From: a virus
Lineage: Duplodnaviria; Caudoviricetes
IMG/VR virus record: IMGVR_UViG_3300020042_012365
Span: 1-54,927 of that record
Length of the DNA: 54,927 nucleotides
Direction: 5' to 3' (one strand)
In this document: positions 28,460 to 39,568 of the stretch, piece after piece
Position numbering within the stretch: the stretch's first letter is position 1
Layout: each line of letters begins with the position of its first letter
Notes under the pieces: generated by a model
What the model was told of the DNA's origin: nothing
The model's input: only the letters and a program-made list of their open reading frames with translations
The model's database searches: none
Made by a program: the position numbers and the translations under genes

Positions 28460-29395
28460 ATGAAAAAGAAGTTACCTTCCCTATTAAAAGAAATTAAAGA
28501 CAAAAAGTTGCCGATAATAGACTATGCAACACAAAAGTCCATTTCATATTCTCAAATGTCTATGTTCAATGAGTGTCCTAAAAAATGGTCACTTCAATAC
28601 AAAGAGGGATATAAACAATTTAGTTCATCCATTCATACTGTTTTTGGAACTGCACTACACGAAGTACTCCAATCATACTTGACTACAATGTATGAAAAAA
28701 GCGGAGCTGAAGCAGATAGACTAAACACATACGAAATGCTTGAAGATGCATTACGTGAAGAATATAAAAAACAATACAAAGCAAACAACAACCAACACTT
28801 TTCAGCTCCCGAGGAACTTAGAGAATTTTTTGAAGATGGTGTAGAGATCATAAGAGAATTTTCAAAAGACAGAAATAAATATTTTTCTAAACGTGGGTGG
28901 CATTTAGTGGGATGTGAGTTACCTCTTATTCTTCACCCCTCTTCAAAATTATATAATGTAATGTTTCAAGGTTACCTTGACATTGTAATGTATCATGAAC
29001 CAACTAATACAATTAAGATCATAGACATTAAAACTAGTAGACAAGGTTGGAGCAAAAAAGAAAAATCAGACGAACAAAAACAATTCCAATTAATTCTATA
29101 TAAAAAATACTTTGCTGAAACCTATAACATCCCTATAGAGAATATAGAGATAGAATTTATGATTGTAAAACGAAAGTTATTTAAAAGCGATAAATTTGTA
29201 ATTAAACGAGTACAATTATTTAAACCTGCATCCGGTAAAGTAAAATTGAACAAAGTATCCAAATCCATAGATGAATTTATAGAAAAAGCATTTGATCAAA
29301 ATGGATACAAAGACGTTGAACACATGCCTACCCCACATAAAAATTGTAATTGGTGTGTATTCAACAAAACTCACTTATGTTCTGCAACTTTCTAG
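28460..29395 (+). CDS. PD-(D/E)xK exonuclease, RecB/Cas4-like (start revised to 28460)
   Basis: ISYSQ...CP, GTALH, E, D, DIKT, Q...Y, CNWC...C. Confidence 0.8.
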   Translation: MKKKLPSLLKEIKDKKLPIIDYATQKSISYSQMSMFNECPKKWSLQYKEGYKQFSSSIHTVFGTALHEVLQSYLTTMYEKSGAEADRLNTYEMLEDALREEYKKQYKANNNQHFSAPEELREFFEDGVEIIREFSKDRNKYFSKRGWHLVGCELPLILHPSSKLYNVMFQGYLDIVMYHEPTNTIKIIDIKTSRQGWSKKEKSDEQKQFQLILYKKYFAETYNIPIENIEIEFMIVKRKLFKSDKFVIKRVQLFKPASGKVKLNKVSKSIDEFIEKAFDQNGYKDVEHMPTPHKNCNWCVFNKTHLCSATF

Positions 29396-29440
29396 AACAT
29401 TCATATATGTATATATGATATAAATAAATAAACATATACC

Positions 29441-29638
29441 ATGAGTGAAAAAAACCAACAATTAACAAGCGTCAAATTAGACAAAGAGCTATTTGAGCAA
29501 TTTAAAATAGAGTGTATTAAACGTAAATTTAGCTTTCAAAAACTATCTGAACGTGCGATCCACCTTTATTTAACAAATGATGATTTCAAAAAACAAATTC
29601 ACAACTATAGTGATTTAAGTTTGGAGGAGCAAGATTAA
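29441..29638 (+). CDS. Ribbon-helix-helix-like DNA-binding protein
   Basis: LTSVKL strand followed by two helices, 65 aa. Confidence 0.55.
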   Translation: MSEKNQQLTSVKLDKELFEQFKIECIKRKFSFQKLSERAIHLYLTNDDFKKQIHNYSDLSLEEQD

Positions 29639-29672
29639 TTTTTTACATTTAATTAAAATCAAATAAAGTTAT

Positions 29673-31112
29673 ATGAATTCAAGTTTTAAGTACCTTCCTC
29701 AAAATGAGAGGAAAAAAATCATGCTAATTTGCGATGACCTTAGAGTACATTCAGGAGTAGCAACAGTAGCAAGAGAGTTAGTATTAAACACAGCTCAACA
29801 TTTCAATTGGGTAAACATTGCAGGAGCAATTAGTCATCCTGAAAAAGGTAAACGTTTTGATATCTCAGCAGATACAAACACAAACACAGGTTTAACAGAT
29901 GCTTCTGTATTTTTATATCCTGTGGATGGATATGGTGATGCTGATTTAATTAGACAATTGATTGATATGGAAAAACCAGATGCAATCATGTTAATCACAG
30001 ATCCAAGATATTTTGAATGGTTGTTTATGATCGAAAATGAAATCCGTAAAACAACCCCAATCATTTACTTGAACATTTGGGATGATTATCCAGCTCCACT
30101 TTACAACAAATCCTATTACGAATCATGTGATGCTTTACTAGCTATCTCAAAACAAACACAATTGATCAATGAATTGGTTTTAGATGAAAAACGAGGTAAA
30201 AAGATTATTGAATATGTTCCCCATGGTTTAAACCACGAACTATATTATCCTATTGAAAAAGAGAATGAATTAAAAGAACTAGCAGATTTTAAATCTAATT
30301 TATTTGGAGGTAAAGAGAAAGACTTTGTTGTATTCTTTAATTCAAGAAACATCAGACGTAAACAAATCCCAGATACAATGTTTGCATTTAAAATTTTCTT
30401 AGATACTTTACCTAAGGAAAAAGCAGAAAAATGTGCTTTACTAATGCATACTGAAATGGTTTCAGATCATGGAACTGATTTAGATGCAGTACGCAAAATG
30501 TTATTTACTGATTATCCAAATGCGGTATATTTTTCTCTTAATAAGTTAGATAATAAACAATTAAATATGATGTATAATATAGCAGATGCTCAAATATTAT
30601 TAACATCAAATGAAGGTTGGGGTCTGTCATTGACAGAAGCTATACTAGCAGGAACAGTTATTATTGGAAACGTAACAGGTGGTATGCAAGATCAAATGGG
30701 ATTTGAAGATGAATTTGGAAATTGGTACACACCAACACCTGAAATTCCTTCAAACCATACAGGAAAATATAAAAACCATGGTTGTTGGGCATTCCCAGTG
30801 TATCCAACTAATCGATCAATACAAGGTTCACCTAAAACTCCATTTATTTGGGATGATAGATGTAATGCTGAAGATGCAGCCGTTCAAATCGGTAAAGTAT
30901 ATGATTTAGATAGAACAATGAGAAAAGAACTTGGTAAAACAGGTAGAAGTTGGGCTGTAGATGAAGTAGGTTTTACCGGAGAATCTATGGGAGCCCGAGC
31001 AATTAATGCGATAGATCAATTATTTAACACGTGGACTCCGCGAGAAAGATATGAGTTAATCAACGTTAATGATGTTAAAGAAAATATAATTAAACACAAA
31101 TTTGTATATTAA
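29673..31112 (+). CDS. GT-B glycosyltransferase (GT4-like)
   Basis: SGVA, PHG, RN..RK, EGWGLSLTEA. Confidence 0.85.
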   Translation: MNSSFKYLPQNERKKIMLICDDLRVHSGVATVARELVLNTAQHFNWVNIAGAISHPEKGKRFDISADTNTNTGLTDASVFLYPVDGYGDADLIRQLIDMEKPDAIMLITDPRYFEWLFMIENEIRKTTPIIYLNIWDDYPAPLYNKSYYESCDALLAISKQTQLINELVLDEKRGKKIIEYVPHGLNHELYYPIEKENELKELADFKSNLFGGKEKDFVVFFNSRNIRRKQIPDTMFAFKIFLDTLPKEKAEKCALLMHTEMVSDHGTDLDAVRKMLFTDYPNAVYFSLNKLDNKQLNMMYNIADAQILLTSNEGWGLSLTEAILAGTVIIGNVTGGMQDQMGFEDEFGNWYTPTPEIPSNHTGKYKNHGCWAFPVYPTNRSIQGSPKTPFIWDDRCNAEDAAVQIGKVYDLDRTMRKELGKTGRSWAVDEVGFTGESMGARAINAIDQLFNTWTPRERYELINVNDVKENIIKHKFVY

Positions 31113-31121
31113 AATAAAGTT

Positions 31122-32414
31122 ATGAGTAAACCAACTTTTGTAATAAGCTGCCCAATTAATACCTACTCAGGATATGGAGCACGCTCTAGAGATATCGTTA
31201 AAGCGATTATTGAATTAGATAAATATGATGTAAAAATCATGCCTCAACGATGGGGTTCAACACCACAAGGATTTATTAAAGATAACCCTGAATGGGAATT
31301 TTTAACAAAACACTTGCTAAATTCACCTCAATTACCATCACAACCAGAAATTTGGATGCAAATTACAGTTCCAAATGAATTCCAACCAGTAGGAAAATAT
31401 AACATTGGATGTACAGCTGGAATTGAAACCACTATTGCCCCTGCAGAATGGATTGAAGGTTGTCAAAGAATGAATTTAATTTTAGGTTCATCTGAACATA
31501 CTATTGATGTTTTAAAGAGTAGTAAATTCGAAAAACGCGATCAACAAACAAACCAAACCGTAGGACATATTGAATGGACAAGAGATAGTGAAGTAATATT
31601 TGAAGGTGCTAATATAGATGTATATAAACCAGTTAAATCAACCTTTGATTTATCTAATATAAAGGAAGAATTTGCTTATTTGTTTGTAGGACATTGGATG
31701 CAAGGACAATTAGGTGAGGATAGAAAAAATGTAGGCTTGTTAATTAAAGCGTTCTTTGAAACGTTTAAAAATAAAAGTAAAAAACCTGCACTTATCTTAA
31801 AAACTTCAACTGTAGGATCTTCTTACATGGATAGAGATGAATTAATTAGACGCATTAAAGCAATTAAAGATACAGTTAAATCAACTAATTTACCAAATGT
31901 ATATTTATTACATGGTGAGTTTACTGATATTGAAATGAATGAAATATATAATCATTCAAAAGTTAAAGCGATGATTAATTTAACTAAAGGAGAAGGATTT
32001 GGCAGACCGTTACTTGAATTCTCACTTGTAAACAAACCAATCATCACTACAAATTGGAGTGGACATATAGATTACTTAAACCCAGAATTCGTTACATTAC
32101 TTCAAGGAACAATGGCAAAAGTACACCCTTCAGCAGCAAACAATATGTTGTTAGCTGACGCAGAATGGTTTAATGTAGATCATGGTCATGTAGGTCATTA
32201 TTTAAAAGATGTATTTGAAAACTATAGAGGATATGCTGAAAATGCTAAGCGTCAAGGTTTTCAAAGCAGAACTAAATTTTCATTTGATGCAATGAAAGAA
32301 AAATTGGATAAAGTATTCACTAAAAGAATACCTGAGTTTCCAAAACAGATTCAATTACAGTTACCTAAATTAAACAAAATTGAATTACCAAAACTTAAAA
32401 AAATAGAAGCATAA
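31122..32414 (+). CDS. GT-B glycosyltransferase (GT4-like)
   Basis: SGYG, RKN, EGFGRPLLE. Confidence 0.85.
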   Translation: MSKPTFVISCPINTYSGYGARSRDIVKAIIELDKYDVKIMPQRWGSTPQGFIKDNPEWEFLTKHLLNSPQLPSQPEIWMQITVPNEFQPVGKYNIGCTAGIETTIAPAEWIEGCQRMNLILGSSEHTIDVLKSSKFEKRDQQTNQTVGHIEWTRDSEVIFEGANIDVYKPVKSTFDLSNIKEEFAYLFVGHWMQGQLGEDRKNVGLLIKAFFETFKNKSKKPALILKTSTVGSSYMDRDELIRRIKAIKDTVKSTNLPNVYLLHGEFTDIEMNEIYNHSKVKAMINLTKGEGFGRPLLEFSLVNKPIITTNWSGHIDYLNPEFVTLLQGTMAKVHPSAANNMLLADAEWFNVDHGHVGHYLKDVFENYRGYAENAKRQGFQSRTKFSFDAMKEKLDKVFTKRIPEFPKQIQLQLPKLNKIELPKLKKIEA

Positions 32415-32878
32415 TGCAAAACGAAGAAATAATTAACTGCCCTAAATCGGGAGGTGATCTTTGTTATAAAACACAAATCACACCTGAAATTGCTACCTAC
32501 CTAAGTTTATCATGTGGATTTTGGACTAATTCATTTATGAAAGAAGACCAAGAATTTTACATGCAACAAATAGAAACTCTACCTGAATTGTATAAAGATT
32601 TAGCTTGGACAGATCCTGAAACAGAATTGATTTGGTTGCCAAATACAATCAACATTGAAGACAAAGGTATGATATTTGCTAATGGATCAAATACCCAAAA
32701 CTGGAGATGGGCAGCAGTTAAATCAATTGAAATCCCTAAAAAAGACAGAAAAAAACACCCAATCCCAGGCAAACCAGGACAATTTATGAAATATAGAATG
32801 GATATGAAAAACATGAAATCGTTTGAAGAGCGTGATTATATAGAAGCTCTTTCATATATTGGAATATTACCTGAATAA
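32414..32878 (+). CDS. Hypothetical protein (Cys-containing N-terminus)
   Basis: ORF track; overlaps the upstream gene. Confidence 0.6.
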   Translation: MQNEEIINCPKSGGDLCYKTQITPEIATYLSLSCGFWTNSFMKEDQEFYMQQIETLPELYKDLAWTDPETELIWLPNTINIEDKGMIFANGSNTQNWRWAAVKSIEIPKKDRKKHPIPGKPGQFMKYRMDMKNMKSFEERDYIEALSYIGILPE

Positions 32879-32884
32879 AATAAT

Positions 32885-33508
32885 ATGAAAATAAGTTATG
32901 CAATTACAGTTTGTAATGAATTTTATGAAATTCAACGTTTAGTACACTTTTTGCTTCGAACTAAACGCCCACAAGACAACATTGTAATTTTATTTGATGA
33001 AGCAAATGGTGACCCTGAAGTTGAAAGCTTCCTACGCTCCCATTCTAAAAATGGAGAGTTTAGTTGGCATAAAGGAAAATTCGAAAGACATTTCGCAGAC
33101 TGGAAAAACAAATTGACCAGTCTGTGCAGTGGTGATTACATTTTCCAAATCGATGCTGATGAAGTACCTAATGAAAATCTAATAGCAGTTTTACCTGATG
33201 TATTAGCGGAAAATGAAGAAATTGATGTTTTCCTTATTCCACGAATAAACACAGTAGAAGGTTTAACTCCCGAACACATTACAAAATGGGGATGGAAAGT
33301 AAATGATGCTGGATGGGTAAATTGGCCCGACATGCAATGGCGTTTATGGAAAAATAAACCAGAAATTCAATGGGTAAACAAAGTACATGAGCGTTTAGAT
33401 GGTTTTAAAACATATACCGCTATGCCTGATGTAGAGTATTTTGCTTTATACCATCCAAAAACAATTCAAAAACAAGAAAAACAAAACAATTATTACGATA
33501 CATTATGA
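32885..33508 (+). CDS. GT2 glycosyltransferase
   Basis: ISYAI...NE, IDADE, VHE. Confidence 0.85.
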   Translation: MKISYAITVCNEFYEIQRLVHFLLRTKRPQDNIVILFDEANGDPEVESFLRSHSKNGEFSWHKGKFERHFADWKNKLTSLCSGDYIFQIDADEVPNENLIAVLPDVLAENEEIDVFLIPRINTVEGLTPEHITKWGWKVNDAGWVNWPDMQWRLWKNKPEIQWVNKVHERLDGFKTYTAMPDVEYFALYHPKTIQKQEKQNNYYDTL

Positions 33509-34131
33509 TAGATAATTATGAAATAACTCAAGATGGGGTTATAAAACAAACTCATATTACCCCATTTAATTATGATATAGATTACTCAGATAGTAGATAT
33601 TCTATTTTTAATGATAGAGGAAATATTTTAAATCTTAGATTAGGATATATTATTGGTTCAATTGGTAAAATACCTACATCATTGATGGATGTTGGGTATG
33701 GTAATGGAGATTTTTTAGATTCTTGTGCAGGATTTATCCCTAAATTATATGGCAATGATATCCACCCAGCATACCCCTTAAACAATGGAATTTCATTTGT
33801 AGATAATATCCTTGAACAAGAAATTGAAGTAATTACATTTTTTGATAGTTTAGAACACTTTACAGATCTTGAATGGGTTAAAGATTTAAAATGTAAATAT
33901 GCTGTTATTAGTTTACCTTGGTGTTATAATGGATTAAATGATGAATGGTTTATGAACTGGAAACATAGAAAACCAGATGAACATCTATATCACTTTAATG
34001 AAGTTAGTTTAAACAATTTTATGACTAGACAAGGATTTGAAATGATTAATCATTGCAATATTGAAGATAAAATTCGCACCGATAAATCTTTATCCCCAAA
34101 TATTTTAACAGCATGTTTTCAAAAAATATGA
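33505..34131 (+). CDS. Class I SAM-dependent methyltransferase
   Basis: MDVGYGNG, FFDSLEH, EHL.HF. Confidence 0.8.
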   Translation: MIDNYEITQDGVIKQTHITPFNYDIDYSDSRYSIFNDRGNILNLRLGYIIGSIGKIPTSLMDVGYGNGDFLDSCAGFIPKLYGNDIHPAYPLNNGISFVDNILEQEIEVITFFDSLEHFTDLEWVKDLKCKYAVISLPWCYNGLNDEWFMNWKHRKPDEHLYHFNEVSLNNFMTRQGFEMINHCNIEDKIRTDKSLSPNILTACFQKI

Positions 34132-35090
34132 GAAAATTAAATTTTTATAGTTTTCATAAAGGTATAGATGAACATCGTTTTGATCATAATAATTCCATAG
34201 CGTTAATAAATGAATTATCTAAACAATTTGAAGTTATTAGGTATGAATTTATAGGGAATGGAGAATTTGAATATAATGGAATCTCCATAAATCATGGTTC
34301 TATTTTAATATTTGAATATGATGATACAAAACAATTTAAAGTATATGATTTTGGAGATCATCCTTATTTAACAGTTAAATTATCATATTTACCTAAATTT
34401 GCCGGTGCTTTAATAGGACAATACAACCCTAAATTTTGGGATAATCTTCACCCTAACCCAAAAACACGCCAAACAATAATACCCTCAATATACCCAGAAT
34501 CTGTATGGGAATTAGGAGTATATAATTTTGATCAAATACAAGAATTTAGACAAAATAATAAGTTAGATAATAGGTTATATTGGAGAGGAAGCTTATATAA
34601 TCAAAATGTTCCTAAAAATTATTTAGGGGTTAGAAAAGCTTTAGAATTACTTCCGGAATATTTAACTCAAGAACAATTTTATTTCGGTAATTCTCCTCTT
34701 CCCTTTAATCAATATGTTCAAGAATCAATTAATTTTAAATTAGCTTTATCTATTGGTGGTGGTGGTGGTGCAATATGTGGAGATTTTTGTTTTAGGGATA
34801 TTGAAATGTTTGGGTTAGGAATTCCTCTATTAAGACCTGAATATATTGTTGAAACTTTAGATCCACTTATTCCAAACTATCATTATATCTCAGTAGAAAC
34901 AGATTTTAAAAACGATTTTAAATATTCAGAACCTAACAAATTATCCCAAAAAATTGCTCAAAAATATTTAGATGTAATCGATAATAATGAACTTTTACAT
35001 TTTATATCAAAAAATGCTAGGAAATGGTATCTAGATAATTTATCTTCCCCAAACATTACAAATAACTTAATCAAATTATTAAATCTATGA
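34128..35090 (+). CDS. Putative glycosyltransferase (GT90/CgeB-like C-terminal half)
   Basis: LYWRG, R..E..G, LIPN.HY, I..NA..W. Confidence 0.5.
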   Translation: MRKLNFYSFHKGIDEHRFDHNNSIALINELSKQFEVIRYEFIGNGEFEYNGISINHGSILIFEYDDTKQFKVYDFGDHPYLTVKLSYLPKFAGALIGQYNPKFWDNLHPNPKTRQTIIPSIYPESVWELGVYNFDQIQEFRQNNKLDNRLYWRGSLYNQNVPKNYLGVRKALELLPEYLTQEQFYFGNSPLPFNQYVQESINFKLALSIGGGGGAICGDFCFRDIEMFGLGIPLLRPEYIVETLDPLIPNYHYISVETDFKNDFKYSEPNKLSQKIAQKYLDVIDNNELLHFISKNARKWYLDNLSSPNITNNLIKLLNL

Positions 35091-35872
35091 GATATATATT
35101 AATAGGAGCTATTAGTGGAAATTACACCACAGATAATTTAACTAACTGGGTTGAAACCAGCAATTACCCGGATATTGAAAGAATATTATTTTATTATAAT
35201 CCAACTAACAATGAAATATTTGATTTTTGTAAACAAAATAATATCTCCATTATCACTCCCGATTTTGATCTTTATGGACAAGACACACCCGAATTTTTAG
35301 CTAATTCAGGTTTATTAACAGTAGAAAATTCTCCATTATTAATCCATCATATTAGATTTTTACATTGGTGGTATTTTTTAAAAGATTTAAGTGATGATGA
35401 TTTAGTTATCTTAACAGATGTGAATGATATTATTTTTAATAGTAATCCATTTATTAAATTATCATCTTTTAATCATGATGGAATAGTAGCATCCTCTGAA
35501 GAAGTTACTCATGATCAAGAAAAATGGAATCTTCAAAATTTTTGGACTACTTTTGGAATAATAACAGAAGATTTTAAAAACAAAAATATATATAATGCAG
35601 GTACAATTTCAGGTACTGCTAAAATAGTATCAGATCTATGTCGGGACATATATTTACTTTCTATTAATAAACCTAGAAACGCTGATCAAGCTGCATATAA
35701 CTATTTAATCCAAACATCCTACAAACCTTATACTAAATTTACCGATATTCATGATAATTGGGGGATACACTTACATGTTGTAAATGTTGGGTTAGTTTTA
35801 TTTGATTTAAACAATATTAAAAATTATACAATAATACATCAATATGATAGAATCCCAAACTTTAAAAGATAA
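35087..35872 (+). CDS. Putative GT-A nucleotide-sugar transferase
   Basis: TDVND, NAG, DQAAYN, HQYDR. Confidence 0.65.
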   Translation: MRYILIGAISGNYTTDNLTNWVETSNYPDIERILFYYNPTNNEIFDFCKQNNISIITPDFDLYGQDTPEFLANSGLLTVENSPLLIHHIRFLHWWYFLKDLSDDDLVILTDVNDIIFNSNPFIKLSSFNHDGIVASSEEVTHDQEKWNLQNFWTTFGIITEDFKNKNIYNAGTISGTAKIVSDLCRDIYLLSINKPRNADQAAYNYLIQTSYKPYTKFTDIHDNWGIHLHVVNVGLVLFDLNNIKNYTIIHQYDRIPNFKR

Positions 35873-36593
35873 ATACTCAATAATAATACCTTATAGAGAT
35901 AGGCAATCTCATTTAGAAGTTTTATTACCTAGATTACAAGAAGTTTTTCAAGATAAAAACTATGAAATTATTATTTCAGAACAAAATGATTTAGATAACT
36001 TTAATTTAGCTAATACTCAAAATATAGCTGCTCAATATTCAACGGGCAATATCATAGTATTACACCAGGTTGACTATTATCCAACAAACGATGTTAGCTA
36101 TGAAATAAAGGATCAACCTGTATTGCCTGCAAAATATGGTATTTTTGTTAATAATGATCTAACTAAACGAGCTTACGAAGATATACCAGGTGGTTATAGA
36201 AAATGGGAAACGGGGATTGATGATAACTTTTATGGAGGTGTAATAATCATGAGGAAAGAACATTGGGATAAAATTAATGGTATTAACCCATTATATAAAG
36301 GTTGGGGTAATGAAGATGAGGATTTAAGAGAACGATTTAAATGGGCCGGTTATACTCCTAAACGAAATAAGATAGGAACATTTTATTGTTTATATCATGA
36401 AGATAATGGAGATATATCAAAAAAATCCCTTGATCAACAACAAGACTTCATAGAAGGAAGAAAAATATATACTAATGCTTTTGAATATAGACATATAGGA
36501 TATAAAAATGTAAAAGCAGATGTTGAAGAATTTAAAACAGGTATAGATAATGTCCGTTGGATTAAAAGTACAAATTATAAAATTATACAATGA
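35844..36593 (+). CDS. GT7-like galactosyltransferase
   Basis: IIPYRDR, FYGG, ING, GWGNED. Confidence 0.8.
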   Translation: MIESQTLKDKYSIIIPYRDRQSHLEVLLPRLQEVFQDKNYEIIISEQNDLDNFNLANTQNIAAQYSTGNIIVLHQVDYYPTNDVSYEIKDQPVLPAKYGIFVNNDLTKRAYEDIPGGYRKWETGIDDNFYGGVIIMRKEHWDKINGINPLYKGWGNEDEDLRERFKWAGYTPKRNKIGTFYCLYHEDNGDISKKSLDQQQDFIEGRKIYTNAFEYRHIGYKNVKADVEEFKTGIDNVRWIKSTNYKIIQ

Positions 36594-36961
36594 AAATAGA
36601 AGTAGCCATTGGTGAGATAGTTGATAAGTTATCTATTTTATTTATTAAAAAACTTAATATACTAGATAATAGTAAACTTAAAAATATTAATAAAGAATAT
36701 GAATATTTAAATAATATTGTATTCAATAAATTAAATATAGAACAACAAGATTTTTATAATTTATTTAGTATCAACGAACAACTTTGGAAAATTGAAGATG
36801 ATATTAGGCTTCAAGAAAACAATAAAACATTTGGCAACGAATTTATTGAATTAGCTAGATTAGTATATGTTACAAATGATAAACGAGCTGAATTAAAAAA
36901 ATATATTAATATTAAATATGGTTCAAAATTTATAGAAGAAAAATCATATGAAAAATATTAA
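36590..36961 (+). CDS. DUF6165-like protein
   Basis: GE.VDKLSIL..K ... LW.IED..R ... AR.VY..ND.R..K..IN...EEKSY. Confidence 0.7.
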   Translation: MKIEVAIGEIVDKLSILFIKKLNILDNSKLKNINKEYEYLNNIVFNKLNIEQQDFYNLFSINEQLWKIEDDIRLQENNKTFGNEFIELARLVYVTNDKRAELKKYINIKYGSKFIEEKSYEKY

Positions 36962-37844
36962 ATGTTTAATAATAACCTGTGGATTTTTTGGGGATATTGC
37001 ATTTGCTAGCTCATTAGCCGAAAAATTATCCCCTGAATATAATCAAATAGATTATTTGATTGGATTTCCTCAAATGCATAGGCTTATTTCTAATAACCCA
37101 TTTATTAATCATGTTTTTCTTTCAGAAACACCTAACCCACACCCTATAAATGGTGCTATAGAATATTCATCATATCATGAAATTATCAAATTAGAACCTC
37201 TTAATTATTTAATCCCACCTTGTGAAGAATACCAGCAATTTGCTAACATAGAAAATCCTTCTCCCGAATATAAAATATATACTCAACCAGAATATGATGA
37301 AATTGCCCAAAATTTACTTAATGATTTAAGAAAAGAACATAATAAACCTGTAATTGGGTTGATGAGTAATTGGGAGTCTAAAACATACATATTTACAAAA
37401 GAACAATATGAACAGGGTATTGACGTACCTAATTTTGGATATGGAGGAAAACATAGAGATATAAATTTTGTAATAAGTGAACTAGAAAAACATTTTACTT
37501 TATATCATTTAGGAACAGGCCCTCTAAACCAAACCCAAACCCACCTTATCCCAGAGGAAGATGTTAAATCTTTATTATTTGAAACATCTATTTTAAAATA
37601 TTGTGATGCATTTGTAGGGACTGATGGAGGTTTAGCTACATTAGCTGCTGGTGTAAATGGAAAAACTATTATAACTGGGGATTTTAATCTTCAATTATAT
37701 GGATGGAATGGAGTTATTAAAAAAATAAAAGATCCTCAATTAGGACCTAATAAATATTTCCCAAAAGAACTTGGACATACGGTTTTAGATCCGTATCTTT
37801 CGGATAAAGAAGTTATAGAACAAATAATAAATCAAATAAAATAA
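36948..37844 (+). CDS. GT9-like glycosyltransferase
   Basis: GFFGD, NPFI..V, FVGTDGG. Confidence 0.6.
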   Translation: MKNIKCLIITCGFFGDIAFASSLAEKLSPEYNQIDYLIGFPQMHRLISNNPFINHVFLSETPNPHPINGAIEYSSYHEIIKLEPLNYLIPPCEEYQQFANIENPSPEYKIYTQPEYDEIAQNLLNDLRKEHNKPVIGLMSNWESKTYIFTKEQYEQGIDVPNFGYGGKHRDINFVISELEKHFTLYHLGTGPLNQTQTHLIPEEDVKSLLFETSILKYCDAFVGTDGGLATLAAGVNGKTIITGDFNLQLYGWNGVIKKIKDPQLGPNKYFPKELGHTVLDPYLSDKEVIEQIINQIK

Positions 37845-37847
37845 AAA

Positions 37848-38756
37848 ATGGAAAAACAAAAAATGAGGATTGCGATTACCGGAGTAAATGGATTTATTGG
37901 ATTAAATCTTAAAAAAGAATTAGAAGATCATGGTCATACTGTTTTTGGGATTGATATCAATGGAGATAATCCCCAAAACTTACTTAATGAAAATGTATTC
38001 AAAAGTTGGATTGATGAAGTTAAACCAGATCTAGTTTATCATTTAGCCGCACAAGTTGGGCGCTTATTTGGAGAACAAGATGTAGTTCATACAGTTAGAC
38101 ATAATGCAGAAATAACTACTATTGTAGCTAAATGGTGTGGAGAATTAAACATCCGATTAGCATATGTTTCAACCTCAGAAGTATATGGTGATCAAGGTGA
38201 AAATAATTGTGATGAATATGGTGAATTAAAATTATCTCATAATTTATATGGTGTAACAAAATATTGGGGTGAACAAGCAGCCCAATTATTTGCTCCTAAT
38301 AATTTGGTTATAGCCCGCCTATCAATGCCATATGGTCCAGGTGTTCCTCCAGGAAAAGGACGTCGTGCTATGGATACAATGTTATGGCAAGCATTTCATG
38401 GTATGCCAATTACGGTTCATGCTGGTGCTGAAAGATCATGGTGTTGGATTGGTGATACTGTCAAAGCATTAAGAATGATAATTGAACATCCTGAATCGGG
38501 AATATATAATGTTGGACGTGATGATGATCCTCGTACAATGCTAGAAATTGCAGAACGTGCCTGTGACTTAGCCGGAGCCTCAAAAGATTTAATCCAAGTA
38601 ATCCCAGCACCAGGAATGCAAACCATCGTTAAACGTTTAACAACTGAGCGTATTAGACAATTAGGATGGGTACCTTCTGTTGAATTAGAAGATGGAATTA
38701 AGGAAGTATTTGAATGGATAAAAAGATTTGATATTAATAGTGTTGAACACCCATAA
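37848..38756 (+). CDS. NAD-dependent epimerase/dehydratase
   Basis: TGVNGFIG, HLAA, STSEVYG, YGVTK. Confidence 0.9.
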   Translation: MEKQKMRIAITGVNGFIGLNLKKELEDHGHTVFGIDINGDNPQNLLNENVFKSWIDEVKPDLVYHLAAQVGRLFGEQDVVHTVRHNAEITTIVAKWCGELNIRLAYVSTSEVYGDQGENNCDEYGELKLSHNLYGVTKYWGEQAAQLFAPNNLVIARLSMPYGPGVPPGKGRRAMDTMLWQAFHGMPITVHAGAERSWCWIGDTVKALRMIIEHPESGIYNVGRDDDPRTMLEIAERACDLAGASKDLIQVIPAPGMQTIVKRLTTERIRQLGWVPSVELEDGIKEVFEWIKRFDINSVEHP

Positions 38757-38767
38757 GAAATAATAAT

Positions 38768-39547
38768 ATGAAAATATCAGTAACAATCCAGTATTTTAAT
38801 AGGAAACCATTATTATTAAATACATTGAATTCAATCCTCCATTCTGAAATAGATCAAAATGATGTAGAGGTAATTATTGTAGATGATGCTAGTGACAAAT
38901 ATCATAATATAGATGATATCCCAAACTTATTCCCGGGATTAAATATAAAAATATTCTCATTTGATAAATACGAAAAATGGTGGGCATGCCCTGTAATTCC
39001 ACTTAATAAAGGAATATCAATGGCCACAGGTGATGTAGTAGTATTATTATGTGCTGAGGTAATGTTTGTTGGAGATATTTTAATGGATATTAAACAACGA
39101 ATTAAACCTAATGACTATTTAGTATATGCAACATTGGCCTTAACCCCATCAGATACATCAACAATACCAAATACAGAATACCAAAATATAATAGACAATA
39201 AATTTTTACCTGTAGCTCCTCCAGGTCATCCTGGGGGATGGTATCAACATAGCATACATAGAAACACATGTTTTAATTTTTGTAGTGCTATGATGCGTGA
39301 TGATTTATTAGATATTGGGGGGTTTGATGAGCGTTTTGGGTGGGGGGTTTCTCATGGAGATGATAATTTCCTTGATAATATTAAGAAAAAAGGAATGAAT
39401 ATTATTTCAATAGATGAACCTATGACATACCACCAATACCATGTCCCAATGATTTTCTCTCCTGTATCAGATCATCTAAAAGATAATGATTTACTTCAAA
39501 TAACAAGACAAGACCCAAGTTATAAAGTAACTAATTCTTTTTTATGA
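38768..39547 (+). CDS. GT2 glycosyltransferase
   Basis: VIIVDDAS, GGFDERF, H..H. Confidence 0.8.
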   Translation: MKISVTIQYFNRKPLLLNTLNSILHSEIDQNDVEVIIVDDASDKYHNIDDIPNLFPGLNIKIFSFDKYEKWWACPVIPLNKGISMATGDVVVLLCAEVMFVGDILMDIKQRIKPNDYLVYATLALTPSDTSTIPNTEYQNIIDNKFLPVAPPGHPGGWYQHSIHRNTCFNFCSAMMRDDLLDIGGFDERFGWGVSHGDDNFLDNIKKKGMNIISIDEPMTYHQYHVPMIFSPVSDHLKDNDLLQITRQDPSYKVTNSFL

Positions 39548-39568
39548 AAATAATAAATCAAATATAAT

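Noticed and set aside
28460-29395. Cas4 as evidence of a CRISPR-Cas system
   Set aside because: Solo RecB/Cas4-like nucleases are common in phages; no array or other cas genes in the window
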